Below the pieces are notes generated by a model. The model was not told where the DNA came from, searched no databases, and saw only the letters and a program-made list of their open reading frames with translations. A program made the translations under genes and the position numbers. A stretch of 64,000 nt of DNA. It comes from Glaucostegus cemiculus (Eukaryota). Of the stretch, positions 49,801-63,680 are shown piece after piece. Location: contig CDPCPM010000103.1 in the NCBI GenBank assembly GCA_976551045.1, positions 11,594,001-11,658,000 on the forward strand. Reading direction: 5' to 3'. The number at the start of each line of letters is the position of its first letter. Position 1 is the stretch's first letter.

Positions 49801-51079
49801 TTACTGTGACAGTCAAGGTTAGCTGTAATTCAACACTATTCAAGTGGTGAAGATCAAAAGAGTGTTAGGTTGAGCTCATATTCTCTTGCAAGTTTAATTC
49901 TGGTAGCGTACATTGAAAAGCTATATTTCAATTCCTTTAAAACACAAGCCTTGATTAGAACAGCTTAAATGATAAAATAAAATCATAGCTATGCTGATAG
50001 AAGCTTTGTTCCACATGTCCTAGAGTGGATATTATAATATCATGCAATATTCCAGATGGCAGAGTGTTTCCACAGTTAAATATTTCAAGGGTAACATTCC
50101 ATTGACAGCACCGTGTGCAACCAATGACAAAGCCTTTCCACTGTCTCTGGAATGTTGTCAACTGGAAAGGCATCTGGATAAATTGGTTAGAAAAGCTAAT
50201 GTACAGAGAGTGCAATACAGTATGTTAAGGACATGAAGCGTATTTTTGCATTGGTGCCTCTGAAATACTATAGTTACATTGATGCAGCAAATGTAAATTG
50301 AATACTGTTTCAAATCTAGTTTTGTTTAGTAATATTAAACATATATACTTTTAACAATCAAATACAAATAGCATTCTTATGTTACTCATAGAACATTTTC
50401 TTTTAAATACTCAATGAACTGCATCTGGACAAACATACAGCAGTTTCTTGGCAGAGAATAACTTGGTGTTGAATCACCTCCACTATTAAACACATCTAAA
50501 ACATGCATATAGATATACATGCTTGCATGAGTAATGCACAAACTATTTTTCCCTTTCTTATTGCACTCATTGATTGATTGTTTTTATAAATACATTCTTG
50601 CTCAGTTTAGACAGGTATAATATTTTTCACAACCCAGACTTAGGAACAAAATTGTAGGATCCTTTTAACACCAACAGAATTCCCTAATACTTGCACCCAA
50701 AGAGGACCAGGATTTGAAATACTTAGATCATTACAAGAAAATAAAAACTGTGATAGCTCACAAAAAATTAAATAATCCAACAGTGGGAAAAACTTGATAA
50801 ATATGAGGAGCAACAGTCTATGCATTTCTCATACAAGGTTATCACATCAGCAGTAATCACCAAGTCATATGCTTTAGGTATCACTAATGCAATCACATGA
50901 TACAGCTGTTAAAATGTGTTTTGATTTTAAACAGCGTCACCATGATCCACAACACGGGGTCAGATAACGTCTACTCTGCATTGCTGATTTTATTTTTGAT
51001 CCGAGGTATGTTCTAACATTCAGAAGGTCTCTTAATAGAAGAATATCCACAAGCACTTTGTGCTACAAAAAAAATTATC

Positions 51080-51250
51080 TAGAACATAGAACATTACAGC
51101 ACAGTACAGGCCCTACGGCCCACAATGTTGTGCCAGCATTTTATCCTGCTCTAAGACCTATCTAACCCCTGTCTCCCATATAGCCCCCTATTTTTTTTTC
51201 TATCATTCATGTGGCTATCTAAGAGTCTCTCAAATGTCCCTGATTTATCT
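51080..51250 (-). mobile_element. CR1 3' terminal fragment
   Basis: tagaacatagaacattacagcacagtacaggccctacggcccacaatgttgtg. Confidence 0.8.
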
Positions 51251-53206
51251 ACATTATTTTTTTTCTATTTTTATTGATTAAATAGAAAAATGTGCAAATT
51301 AATTTGTATACCCTTTGTACTGCATACCCAGAAGGGTTAATAAGTTTTTACTTAACAGCTTGAGGCAGTACTATATAAGCATTTTTTTTTAAATGAGCAG
51401 CTGAAGAAGCCCAGAGTTGGACTCCAAACTTTATCCAGTTTGTCGGGACTATTTTGGGACTATGACAGACAGTCACTCACAAATGAACTTACAGAATAGC
51501 TTATTGAATGTACATTTGCATAAACAAATTATTTAATTTTGGTTTTTGAACATCATATTTGATGGTTATGCTAAGCTCCACTAGTCGCCTACGTGCATCA
51601 TTGTAGCAAAGCATTGCCTGCGTTAGGGTTAACAGTTACTCAGCAGAAAAGCTGCCCTTTAAAATTTGCAAGAAACATGAAGCAACATAAAAAAGGAAAC
51701 ACTCCGTGAGGAATGTACTGGTTAGGACCTCCAATATTTTACACCAGTCCCATAGGATAGACATTTTCAATTGGTATTAGTGGTTGGGGTGGTGGGGGAG
51801 GTTCTGGAGGAAGGAAGTGCAGTTTTTGAGCTGAGCGAAAGCTAGTGTGTGTTTTGTTTTGCACTTTAATTAACTTACTCTAGCTAAATGTGCTTTTAAA
51901 TACATGTTGTCAAATTATTTCAAACACCTTATTTCTAATGTTTTGAATTATTTATATCCCTATAAATTGCTTTTTGTCCACAAATAGAAACATTAAGAAA
52001 ATAGCCATAAAGACCTGTGATAGCATGAGTTTTCAAAGGACCACAAGGATGATCTGGAGAGCAGCTTATCAGGATAAGTTATCTGAAAATTACTGCATAT
52101 TGCAAACTGCTCCATTTGCAGGATGGCTATGGGGGTAAGGTCTTGAACTCAAACTAGCTTTGAGGCTATAAAAGTGTAGCCTCAGGCATTACATGGAGAC
52201 CAGGATGGAAGCAGGATTTCCAACCCACTGTATAAAAGATAATAGGTAAATATACATCAAACTTAAACTGCATGAAATAGCAGCAAGGCCACAGGTGTTC
52301 ATTTATTTAAACTCTGAACTCTAGATAAGAACAATCCAAATTAGTACATCAGGATTTTTCTAATACCCTAAAAATTTAAAGGAATTATAATAAGGCTTCT
52401 ACTAACCCACTATGTGCAGTATGTAGTTTTGTTGGTGTTAATTTAAATTTAACTGTATCAATTTAACCTATAAAGAATTATGGAAACAGATTTTCTGAAA
52501 TGCCAATGTCTATGCAACCTATTGCATGTAGTTGGCCACATTTTAAAGCAATACTCAATAGAACCAAAGCAGCAATAACTGTTCATCATCAACACAACAG
52601 ACCACCTGAACAAATCTCTTATCATGAAAAATTGTTAGCTATTATGAAGGTACTACACTGCAAATTACTGATGGTAACCAATTAGTAACTTATAAATACA
52701 TTAAATGAAAAATGGAATTTCCCTCTTGATCATAATTACTGAATTCTCATTAATTGGTATATACATTTTTTCTTAAATTTCCATTTATATTATCACCTGT
52801 GGCACAGTAACACACTGAGGTGTTTTGCAGGGGTAACGCTAAACCACAGAAGGTACTATGACATGAGTAAAATCTTGGTCAATAGTTAGTTTTTAAAAGA
52901 AGTACCTTAAAAGAAGGAAAAGGGCAGAGAGGAAGGTAAGTTTAGGGAGAGAATTCCAGAGCTTTGGACCTGAAAGCATAACTAATGGTTGAGCAGGAAA
53001 GTTTAAGAGGTCGGAAATGGAGAAGCCAAGACATGTTGAATACTATAGGGTGGAGAAGATTTCCGAGAATAGTAAGAAATAAGATCAACAATTGATATGA
53101 AAGCAAGGGTGAGAATTATAAAATCAGTGGGCTGCTTAATTGGGAGCCACAGAATAAAAGGTAAAATGCTTTTCGTAACGAAACTGTTCAAGAAAATAAA
53201 CCTTAC

Positions 53207-53440
53207 CCAACTGTGTAAGATCTAGTTTGGTCCAGTGCATACCACTTGGGCAGTTTTCTGACAACGTCCTTATATGGATTTTGCCCTTCACATCCAGACC
53301 CCATACTGCATCATGACTGGCAGAAATCTGTACCATCTCTACATCTGGAGGTAACTGTACAGTAGAGGGCCGAAACTCAGGATTTTGATCACTGATGCAG
53401 AAAAGATCTTTATTGCTTTGGCCCAGCCACAGGAAACTTC
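53207..53440 (-). CDS. TECPR2: TECPR2 coding exon (234 nt)
   Basis: ttctgcag|GA AGT...TTG G|gtaagg. Encodes GSFLWLGQSNKDLFCISDQNPEFRPSTVQLPPDVEMVQISASHDAVWGLDVKGKIHIRTLSENCPSGMHWTKLDLTQL. Confidence 0.95.
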
Positions 53441-53869
53441 CTGCAGAAGAAACGTTGCATGATAATTATTTTTAGTATTACTGCAACCATTGTCAATGAA
53501 TTCAGATACGAATAGAAAGCACCAATATTTCCATAATTTAAGGAACCTGTTGCAAAGCAGATGAATTAATCAGTGCGCACAATTGACCATGATTTAGATT
53601 TTATTCAACACCGTCAATTACTAATTTGGATACCGCATGGCTCTCCATGTTTCATTTGGTGTTCTAGAGGAGTTTGACATAAAAGGTCCAAGTACTACAT
53701 TGCATCTATGCTCTAGTTGAGTGGAACAGCTCTTCTCTACTTCAGTTACTAGCTCAAATACAAACAAATCTCAGTTGAACTTAATAGCGGTGTCTGGGAA
53801 ATTTTACAATTTGCAAATAGTCGTGGCTTAGTTGACAGCTTGCTAAATTCTATGTGTTCTAGGTTAAAT

Positions 53870-54320
53870 CCTGGAATAGGGTATAGTCTTATTAAGAAAG
53901 ATTATGTAGATTGCAGCTCTACTTTCTGGAGTTCAGGAAAATGAAGGGTTAGCTCACTAATATATAAGATTTTGAGGAGGCCAGACAAGGTAGGTGCAAT
54001 TGGAACATTAGCCCTGGAGGGGGAAACTTATTTCTTGGGCATAACCAAGGGATGCCCATTTAAGATCGAGATAGAGGAGGTGTTCCTTCTCTCAGAGTTG
54101 TGACCCTTTGTAATTTTCTATCCCAGACAGTAATCTGATTCAACAACTATGTTTTACGCTGAAAGCTAGACATAGTACTGGGGACTCAATGATTATGAGG
54201 AATCATACAGGAAGTTGGAGTTGAGACCAACAATTGGATCAGCCGTGATCTTACTGAATGGTAGAAGAGGTTCAAAGGGCTCTCTGGCCTATTTCTGGTC
54301 TTGGATGTGTTCTTATGTTC
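53870..54320 (+). mobile_element. Degraded CR1 3' end
   Basis: ORF2-end remnants and 3' UTR gatcagccgtgatcttactgaatgg..ttcttatgttc. Confidence 0.6.
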
Positions 54321-54607
54321 ATTTACCAGTCACACAAATTCAAGAACACTTAGGGAGGTTTCAGGTGGAGACTCTTGTACCACCATTTTACAGCATATGA
54401 GAAGCAGCATGATAAAATGTTAAAAAATTAAATTGGAGTACAGAGAACAACATGGTTTACAATGCTATATTATGTATATTTTTTTAAATCTACTTATTTT
54501 TCAGGATATGAACAGAAGTACAGGTTTTATTGCTCATCTCTAATTGCCCCTGAACAGAGTGGCATTGCAGAAGATATTTAAGAGTCAGCCACATTGCTAT
54601 CATGAAT

Positions 54608-54833
54608 TTTTTTCTGGGTGCTCTGGTTTGCTTCCACATCCCAAGGATGTGAGGGTTGAGAGGACAACTGGCCACTGTAAATTATTCCTGGTATGTAGGC
54701 AAGGGGTAGAATTGGGAGAGTTTACTGAGAATGTTGGGAGAATAAAATGGGATTAGTGTAAACTGGCAGTAAGTATGGTTAGCACAGACTCAGGGGGCCA
54801 AAAGACCTGTTTCTTGTGAAATGACTATGACTC
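54608..54833 (+). mobile_element. Old V-SINE fragment
   Basis: gggtgctctggtttgcttccacatcccaagg..ggccactgtaaatt..gggccaaaagacctgtttc. Confidence 0.65.
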
Positions 54834-55171
54834 CCAGTCTGGAGTCACAGCCAGGGCCAAATGGTAAAAATGGCAAAAATCCTCTCCACCCCATGCCTAC
54901 CAAAGGACATTATTGAACTAGGTGGGTTCTTACAACAATATGGTAGTTTTGTGGTCATCAATGCCAAGACTAGCTTTTAGTTTTAAAAAAAAGTCAAATT
55001 ATTAAACAAATTTAAATTCCACAGCTGCCATGGTGATATATGAACCAGTGTTGCTCAATGGTTAATCAAAGTCTCTGGGTTACCAATCTAGAAACTTAAC
55101 CACCATAATATGCAAGGAAATGATGAAAATAAAAATAAAAATGGTTTCTTTTTGAAATAATTTGACAACTA

Positions 55172-55477
55172 AGATAAGATAGGTAAGATCTTTATTAGTC
55201 ACATGTACACCGAAACACACAGTGAAATGCATCTTTTGCGTAGTGATTTTGGGGGGCAGGCCTCAAGTGTTGCCACACTTCTGGAGCCAACATAGCATGT
55301 CCACAACTTCCTAACCTGTACGTCTTTGGAAATGTGGGAGGAAACCGGAGCACCCGGAGGAAATCCACACAGACATGGGGAGAACATACAAACTCCTTAC
55401 AGACAGTGGCCAGATTTGAACACGGGTCACTGCCGCTCTAAAGCATTATGCTAACCACTATGCTACCTTGCCTGCCT
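55172..55477 (-). mobile_element. V-SINE with alternative tail
   Basis: Reverse complement of the 21796/29622 family, with an (atctt)n tail. Confidence 0.9.
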
Positions 55478-55842
55478 GTATTGTAAAAGTAGGGGGAAAA
55501 TGTCCAATTAAGTTCCTCTTCAATAGGAGGTGTGGACTACAAAAATCTGGATGGTTTGATCAACCTAATGTAATATGAAGATTTTCAACAATAAATATAG
55601 AAGGGGAATTAGAGAGTGATGGAATATAGGATTCATTAGACATGGACAGCATCCAAAAGAAAACCATAATATGCACTTTGCATTCAAAAGATTACATATG
55701 CCAGTTAGAATAAGGTGGAAAATGTAAAAGGAATTATATTTATTTAACATTCATTAGATGTACCCAGTTAATGTGAAGCTGAGATCGACCTGATTAAATA
55801 AAGTAACATATTACATAAATATGACTGTAAATCAGAAACTTT

Positions 55843-56005
55843 TAGAACACAGAAAAACTACAGCACAATTCAGGCCCTTCGGCCCACAAAGCTGTGCCGA
55901 ACACGTCCCTACACTAGAAATTACTGGGCATTCCCATAGCCCTCTATTTTACTTATCTCCATGTACCTATCTAACAGTCTCTTGAAAGACCCTATTGTAT
56001 CCGCA
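55843..56005 (-). mobile_element. CR1 3' terminal fragment
   Basis: tacagcacaattcaggcccttcggcccacaaagctgtgccg. Confidence 0.75.
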
Positions 56006-56195
56006 TAGTTTATTTAAAACTTTGTTTTAATTGTGCAAAGCAATGGGAAAAGACCATGTGTAGAAATAATATTCTATGCAATTTTAGTCAATTCTCAACA
56101 AGACAATAACCTGCTATTATCCAATAATGCTGATATACTTAAAAGCTGCCTGGCCATAACTGGGGCTTGGAAATTTTGACTTTTATACAAAATCA

Positions 56196-57162
56196 AATGA
56201 CGATGAGTCGGACTACAGAGAGGAGGTGAAACAACTAGCCGTGTGGTGCCATGACAACAACCTCTCCTTGAATGTGGATAAAACCAAGGAGATGATAGTG
56301 GATTTTAGGAGGGGTCACCGTGTGCACGTCCCGCTGACCATCAACGGGTCTGCTGTGGAACAAGTACGCAGCACCAAGTTCCTGGGGGTGCACATCACCG
56401 ACGACCTGACCTGGTCCACTAACATTACGGCCCTCACGAAGAAAGCTCAGAAACGCCTCTACTTCCTGCGGAGACTGAGGAAAGCGTACCCCCATCCCTC
56501 CGTCATGAAAACCTTCTATAGGGGGACCATTGAGAGCATCCTAACTCAATGTATCACTGTTTGGTTTGGAAGCTGCTCAGCTGCTGGGCGGAAGTCCCTC
56601 AAGAAGATAGTTAGGGCTGCGGAGTGGATCATAGGTGTCTCACTTCCATCCCTCGCAGACATATACAAAGACCGTTGTGTGAGGAAGACCAAAAGCATAA
56701 TGGCCGACTCTTCTCACCCCTCCCACTACCTCTTCACAATTTTGCCATCAGGGAGGAGGCTTAAATGTATCAGGGCAAGAACGACCAGGCTGAACAATAG
56801 CTTCTTTCCGCAAGCCATCAGAACTGCAAACTCTCTCATCCCTCCATCTTCCTTTGTTAACACTAAGAGATGCTAGGTGCACAGAAATGCACCAGCACTT
56901 TAAATGCCCGACACCAGCCCGTTCACTTTAATAACTATTTATTTATTTACCGGCCATTTTTAATTTAATCTGCGTACTAATTTAATTTTAACTTCCGTAG
57001 CTTTTAATGTTTAATGTTTTGTAATGTTTATTCTGTCAAGTGTGTATGTGTGTCTCTGTTGGTTGTTATGTTATTTTATGGGACGAGCACCTGAGGAGGA
57101 CGGTATCTCGCTCCTATGCATACTATGTACGTATATGGTTGTGACAATAAAAACTGATTCTG
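56196..57162 (+). mobile_element. Young 5'-truncated Rex1/Babar LINE with intact ORF2 C-terminus and 7-bp target site duplication
   Basis: Open frame NDDESDYREEV..WCHDNNLSLNVDKTKEMIVDFRR..KFLGVHITDDLTWS..KKAQKRLYFLRRL..SFFPQAIR to the stop at 56876. Tail is aataaaaactgattctg; AAAATCA occurs at 56189-56195 and 57163-57169. Confidence 0.92.
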
Positions 57163-57949
57163 AAAATCAGCATCATAAAATGGAAACCATCTTCTCAGAA
57201 TCTGCACTTGTATTAATCAAGGTTTGGGAATAAAACATCTAACTTCAGTACCAAGCTCACCCAAATCAGTCCTGATTGATGCTGAGATCACATACATCAT
57301 CCCATATATGGTTCCTCCATAAACTCTACTGCGAGGAAAATGACTAACCACTGCTCTTCCCCATTCCCAGTTTTACTACTCATGTCAGTGCAGTATTTTT
57401 GTTTCTCTCCTAGTTTTTACTGCACTCCTTCTTCAATCTCTTTTCAAAGACATTGCCTAATAGTATTAAATACAAGCTCAGATTATACAACAGGCCATAC
57501 TTACCAGCAAATGATTATTGTTACCTTCTCTCAAGCAGTGCCTTGGGGTAGAGGAGGGATTTTCTTCCACTCCATTTGATGAGTGGAGCATGCTTGAGAG
57601 ATTATTTTTAAATGATGGCTATGACATGAAATTGAAAGAGTGAAGTCTTAGTCAAATGATAAGGTGGTCCAATATGAAGACCAGGACATACCTTCCTTAG
57701 TCTCTTCTTTTACTCATCACTTTTCCTCTTAGCACCCTTTCCATTCTCTTATTCTTCCCCACTTTCTTCTCCTCCATGCGCGCTTTCCCTCTGATCTCTA
57801 GTCGCTGGTTGCTCATTCTCTTCCAGAGCAAGACTGCCTCCACCTGTTGCCACTTGTTCTCTTACTCAAATCCAACAACCAACATCCCACATTGTCCAAA
57901 ATCGAGAGCCTAAACAAGAACCCCTGACCATTGCCCAGAAAACCCTGGG

Positions 57950-59010
57950 AGAATCTTCAGCTGGCTGCCTGGTGCTGACTAACATTGGCAGATCACTATC
58001 CACATACTCATATAGCACTGCATCTTCAGTGAACTTGAAAATATTACATTTGGTCCTCTAGAACAAGTCTTTGCTTTAGATTGTGAATATCTGGGAATCA
58101 AATACTGATCCCTTTGGTATCCCACCACTCACTGCCTTCCAACATGAGAAGGACGTGCTTTTCCCTGCTCTGTTTTTGTATGTTAACTGATTCCCAATTC
58201 ACACTGGTATATTACTCCAATTCCACATGCTGTAATCTTGCTCACCAGCCTCCTGTGCAGAAACTCATTGAAAGCCTTCTGAAAATCAAATACACCATGT
58301 TCACCAGTTCTCTCTAATCTTCTCATTGGATATTCTCAAAGAACTCAAATAAATCGCTCTTTCAAGAATCCAATGTTCATTCTGCTCAACTATTCATATT
58401 TTCTATCTGGCTTGAAACTGCATTATTTAATATTGATTCCAACATCTTCCCATCTACTGACATCAGATTAACAAGCAAGTCACTCGCAGTTTCTCCGCTT
58501 TCCCCTTTTTTTAAAAAAAAAACAGTGGCATCACATTTTCTCTATTATGGAGGAACCAGTCCTGAACATTAAATTTTGGAAAGCACCACCAGAATATCCA
58601 TCATCTCCACAGCCATCCTTTTCCAAAAGTCTGGGATTTAGATCGGTAAATCTTTGGGATTTCAATTTTCAAGCTCACTATTTCTACAAACAATGAAATT
58701 AGTAGCAGTAGGACATTTGGCCACTGAAGCCTGCTCTGTAAATTACTATGATCATGGCTGACCTGATTTTAACCTCAACTCTGCATTAAACCCCTCACCC
58801 CTCTTATCAAGGATCTACCTCTGCCTTAACAATATTCAAAGGCTTTCCATCCTCTGAACTACAAAGATTCATAAGCCTCAGAAAGATCTTTGTTCATTTA
58901 TCTCAAATAGACAATATTTCTTTCCAAAACAGAGACCTATAATTATAGATTCTCCCTCAAGAGGGAGCATCCTCTTCACATGCAGTCATCTCTCACCTAT
59001 TTTAAACTCC
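57950..59010 (-). mobile_element. Degraded CR1 fragments
   Basis: aaagccttctgaaaatcaaatacacc (reverse VYxDFQKAF) and a CR1 3' UTR near 58700-58800. Confidence 0.6.
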
Positions 59011-59482
59011 AGCAGACTTTACTACTCTGCTTTCCTTAACTTTAGTAGCATTTCTTTACTAAAATATCATTTTTACTTTCTTACCAATTTCCTTCCTCTT
59101 TAAACCTTTCAGTTCTATACTATAAAAATGGGATGCTGACCATTCATTTTCATTCCTGATGCATTCAAAATGATGACACAACTTCTCTTTAAAGTTGCCA
59201 ACAAATCTATGCATTATTGCATTTTCCTGGCTTCATTTCAGATTTCTTTCTTTTTAAAACTTACTTTTCAAACCTTTCTCCTCCTCGTAATGTACCAATT
59301 TTTGCAATGGACTCTACAAGAAGGTGTGCTGATGCAGAAAAATTTGGAATCACAGAAGTTTGAAAAAAACAGAAGTGGCAGATCTACAGTGAAGGGCACT
59401 CAACAATGCAGCTCATTTAGTATGAGAGAGCTAATATAACAAAGTTAATGCTATTAACTGAATTGTTCTGGCAACTACTAAC

Positions 59483-59572
59483 CTTTTTTTGTAGGGGCCA
59501 TGGAAGCCACAACAAAAGCCCATTTTATAGCTGATACTGTTCCTCGTGGGACAATTGATTTCCAATATGTAG
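59483..59572 (-). CDS. TECPR2: TECPR2 coding exon (90 nt; absent from the ORF track)
   Basis: ttttatag|CT ACA TAT TGG...AAA G|gttagt. Encodes ATYWKSIVPRGTVSAIKWAFVVASMAPTKK (human GTYWNHVVPRGTASATKWAFV). Confidence 0.93.
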
Positions 59573-60430
59573 CTATAAAAGCAATTAACATTTGTTAACA
59601 TCTTACTGACATGTAAAGACCAATTTCATTTGTATCAGTAACTAAAAAAGTTATGCTCACTAGTACTTTAATAGTAAGGGACATAATATACTAGCCCATT
59701 AGAAATCAAATAACTTTGTTCTGATGTTATCAGCCTAAAATAGCAAGACTTCAGAGCATTTTCACTTCAATACTCTCACCTTCAAAATGAATGTATTTAA
59801 CAGTCACTTCAGTCCAATGCATGAATATGCTACTTAATACATTTTAGTTAGAAACTGTTACACACGCAACTAAGATTTATATATGCAATTTAGTACGTGA
59901 ATTTTCTTAAGTTCACAAAATTCCCAAACAGCTGGGTAGGTACTTAATCATTTTCATTCTGATGTTTATTCAAATATTAAGCCAATGCCAAATTGGATTT
60001 AGTATATTTGGTGTATAGTTGACCATTCCTCTGACATAACATTCTAAAAGTTTTATTAAGAATTGGAATATTTACTTTATTATACAGGTTATGTACTATA
60101 CAATGTTGCCTTCATCACAAATGTTATGATGATTATTTAGATAAACCAGCCATCTATTGGCAAGTGAGCAAGACCACCCAAGTTATACCAAAAAAAGGAC
60201 CTTGCATTGCATAAACGTTTCTTGTGAAAACCAAAGACTATCTACTTTCCTCTTCGGTTAAGAATAGTGCATTGGATGAGATTACAGTGATAGCACAATG
60301 AACATGACAAACTAAAAGTCTCTCAAAATCATACTGAATTTTATTTCTTTAAAACCTGCTCAAATGTTTTAATCACCCACGAGGCAAAGCCAATTATAAC
60401 AGAACTTTTATTTCAAAAAAACTGACTAAC

Positions 60431-60671
60431 CTAATAGATTTCCTTTGGCTACATGGAACTCGTTTTTCCCTGATGTAATCCACACACCACAGCTGTTTAC
60501 ACTGATGAGACTTGGCTGAGACGGAGACTGTTGTGACCATAACACACCCCGCAGTTTGTCTGCTACTTTTTCTACTGGTGCCTGAGCAACTGTCGCCACA
60601 GTCTGTGTTGCGTGAATTATTGTCTGGAAGATATTGCACTGATCGAAGACCACATAATCTGTAATGCTCAC
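60431..60671 (-). CDS. TECPR2: TECPR2 coding exon (241 nt)
   Basis: gtttatag|GTG AGC...TTA G|gttagt. Encodes VSITDYVVFDQCNIFQTIIHAT..APVEKVADKLR..SGKNEFHVAKGNLL. Confidence 0.96.
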
Positions 60672-62010
60672 CTATAAACAGAAGAAATGCTTCAAAAATT
60701 CTATTTCTGAAAAGAATACTTTTATATTTAGGTTCTCTATTGGCAAAGATTTTTCAAAACATCACCAAAGCATTTCTCATGCTATCATTTTCCACAAGTT
60801 AGGATTTAATTCTGCATTTTTGCTAATACAATGGGCAGGAAAAAAACCTAAAAACTTTCATGTAATAGTAACTTAATTCATAATGAAAAACTGAAAGACT
60901 AATTCTCAGACTATTTGGAGATTTATCATTTCACAGCTTTTGATAAACATCAAATTCCACATGCATTATTTTATTCACCGTGTTTTTAAAAGGGAGAATT
61001 GCTAAAAGAATATGGTGTACGTTTTATTTTAAACCCACCCCCACAGCATCTTGTGTGTTAGATCAGATTTACTTGGAGAGCTGCATTAATATTGATTGGC
61101 ATTTACACTGAGTACTATCAAGCACCGCAAAGATTAATTACATATCAAGTGATGAAATTATTATGACACTCCATATTTTCCAAAAAAGTTGTGCTGCTTC
61201 ATGGTTACCTTGCATTGATAATAATTAGAAGCTAAGTTTTATAGCTCCATTCAACCAAAATCAAAGATAATTATTTTGCTGCAATATTAAGTACTTTTTG
61301 CCCCACTGCTACCTAGATTTAAAATAGCTGCATAATAGCTGAGTTTTAGCTGATGAGCTTAGCTGTCATTTTAACTCATAGCAGAATATAATAGTTTTGT
61401 AGTATGTAATCTTTTAGAAAAATAGATGCTCAAATAATAAACATAGCGATGTAAGAGTTAGCACATTTGGAATCTCCAAACTTCACAATTCTTGATGTGC
61501 CTCGATTAAAAGAACCCCAATCAATTCCATCAAGAGATCCCTAGTGAGAGAACAACTTAGGAGCAATGCTAATGTTCAGATTTACATGAGAATAGATTAC
61601 TGTCTGAATAGCCACACTACCAGTTTACCTCCACCCTCTGTGGAGCAAATCCTTACAAAGTAGTACACCTAAATAGGAATTTATTGACAGAAATATTGCG
61701 TGCTGGAGGCCTAAATTTTGCAGTCTGAGTCACTGCTGAAAGAAAACCTGAGGCTAGGGTGGAGCACTTATAGAATGCCAGGCTAACTTATTGAATACAG
61801 TTCCAGTTTAAAAAAGTGTTCTTCACACACTTGGTTACTGGATACTATAGATAATTTGTTAACATTAAAAAATCATTTTCCCTCCATTTTATACCTTGTA
61901 TTGTCAAAGATGTCCACAATATTCATAAATTAAAGCTTAATTTTGATCACCCATATCAACTTTGTTATCTTTCTCAGAAAATATTTAAATATAAATGACA
62001 AAGTTCTTAC

Positions 62011-62152
62011 CTGCCACCAGTGGTCATCTTCACCTTGAGGTTTCTTTGAAGATATGCCAGTACGGAACCAGAGGTTGCCATTTGTGTCCAAAGCCCAGAC
62101 TGTCTGCTGGTCTCCCAGTGCTATACACACCAGCTCCAGCATTTGTCTTTCA
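62011..62152 (-). CDS. TECPR2: TECPR2 coding exon (142 nt; gene continues beyond the window)
   Basis: ttatatag|T GAA AGA...TGG CAG|gtaaga. Encodes ERQMLELVCIALGDQQTVWALDTNGNLWFRTGISSKKPQGEDDHWWQ. Confidence 0.96.
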
Positions 62153-62499
62153 CTATATAAAAGAAGCAAAAATATGTATTTTTAAAATGCAATCTTTTGT
62201 TTAAAAATTGTTGTATTTTTATCATAGAACCTTTGAAATGATTAAAACCTATCTATGAAAGTAAGTATCATGATGACCATGTAAACACATTGATAAGCAT
62301 CAGGGTAGGGCATAAAATATTGAGAGTCAATTTAAGCACAAACTCCTCAAAGCTCTCTGTAGATTCCTTTGAGTGTAGTAAATAAATTCTCTCAGTGTGC
62401 CAGTTTCTACCCTACTCTCACTTTCATATAGTCTGTCTCCAACTCTTTCCTTTCTGGATCTTTCCATTTCTGTGTCATGGAATAGATTAACAACAAACA

Positions 62500-63680
62500 T
62501 CCTTTGCGAGCTTGTAGTCTCCTTGTGACTACATTTCCTCCCACCCTGCCTTCTGCAAGGACTCTATTCATTCTCTCAATTCTTCGGTCTCTGTCATATC
62601 TACACCAGTGATAAGACTTTCCACAGGTGTCTTAGCTAAGACACCTCAAGAGGTGTCTTAATCATAGCTTCCCTTCTTACCATGGCTGAAAAATCCCTCA
62701 ATATTCTTTTCATGACTCACTGGTCTGTTTTTCAATCTTCACTGGTTACTCCCTTCCCATGTCATTTTCCCATGCCACTGCAGATGTTCCTTTGCCTCAA
62801 CCTTTCCCACATCTGGGGACCCAAATAGTCCTTTCAAGTGAGGCAATGATTCACTTACACTTCTTCGAATTGAGTATACTACATTCAGTGTTCATGATGT
62901 GCTCTCCTTTACACTGGTGAAACCAAATGTAAAATTGGATGCCCTTTGCAGAGCACCTTTGTTCAGCTCACATGAGCAATCCTGTGCTTCCAGATGTCCA
63001 CCATTTTAATTCTCCATCCTACACCAATGTCTGTCTGTCTCTCTCTCTGTGGCCTCCTGCACTGCTCCACAGTAGCTTGGAAAATTAGCACATCATGTTC
63101 TGTCAGGGCACACTGAAGGGTCTGACGACTGAATTCAGCAACTTCAGGTAATTTATCTTTTCTGTCTGTACCACAGCTGGCCAGCTGTTGCAAGGTCATC
63201 CATTTATTGTATTAATTCAGCTTTTCTCTTTCCATAGATACCTAACATGTTGGGCATTTCCAGAATTCTCCTTTTGTTTTATTCATACAGCACAGTAACA
63301 GGCCCTTCTGGCCCAATGAGTCCACAACAACCAATTAAATCCATGTTAACTCACCCATACATTTAATCTCTTTGAACTTGCTCTGATCTGCATTTCACAG
63401 CTGGTTTGTTTTCTTTTTCTCCACCTGTCCACATTCATCTCTCAGCTAGATGACTTCATAAATAGTGCATCAGCATAGCAACTCCAATCTTGCCTATCAC
63501 AGATATTCCCTTTGTTCCTCCCAAACCTCTCTGCAAGTTAAAAACCAACTTGCCTTCTCAGGTCTTTACCCAAAAGAAAATTAACCATTTTCCCTTCCCA
63601 TAAGTGCTGCCTGAACAGCTCCCTAAGTATTTTCTGCTTTTATTTCAGATTTCCAGCATCTGCTTTTTATTTTCTATGGA
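62500..63680 (+). mobile_element. Degraded Penelope-like element
   Basis: GIY-YIG remnant tacattcagtgttcatgatgtgctctcctttacactggtgaaaccaaa, with a terminal module at ~63590-63670. Confidence 0.7.

Noticed and set aside
56226-56876. 216-aa intact ORF as a possible nested host gene
   Set aside because: It is the C-terminus of a Rex1/Babar ORF2, with a LINE tail and TSD.
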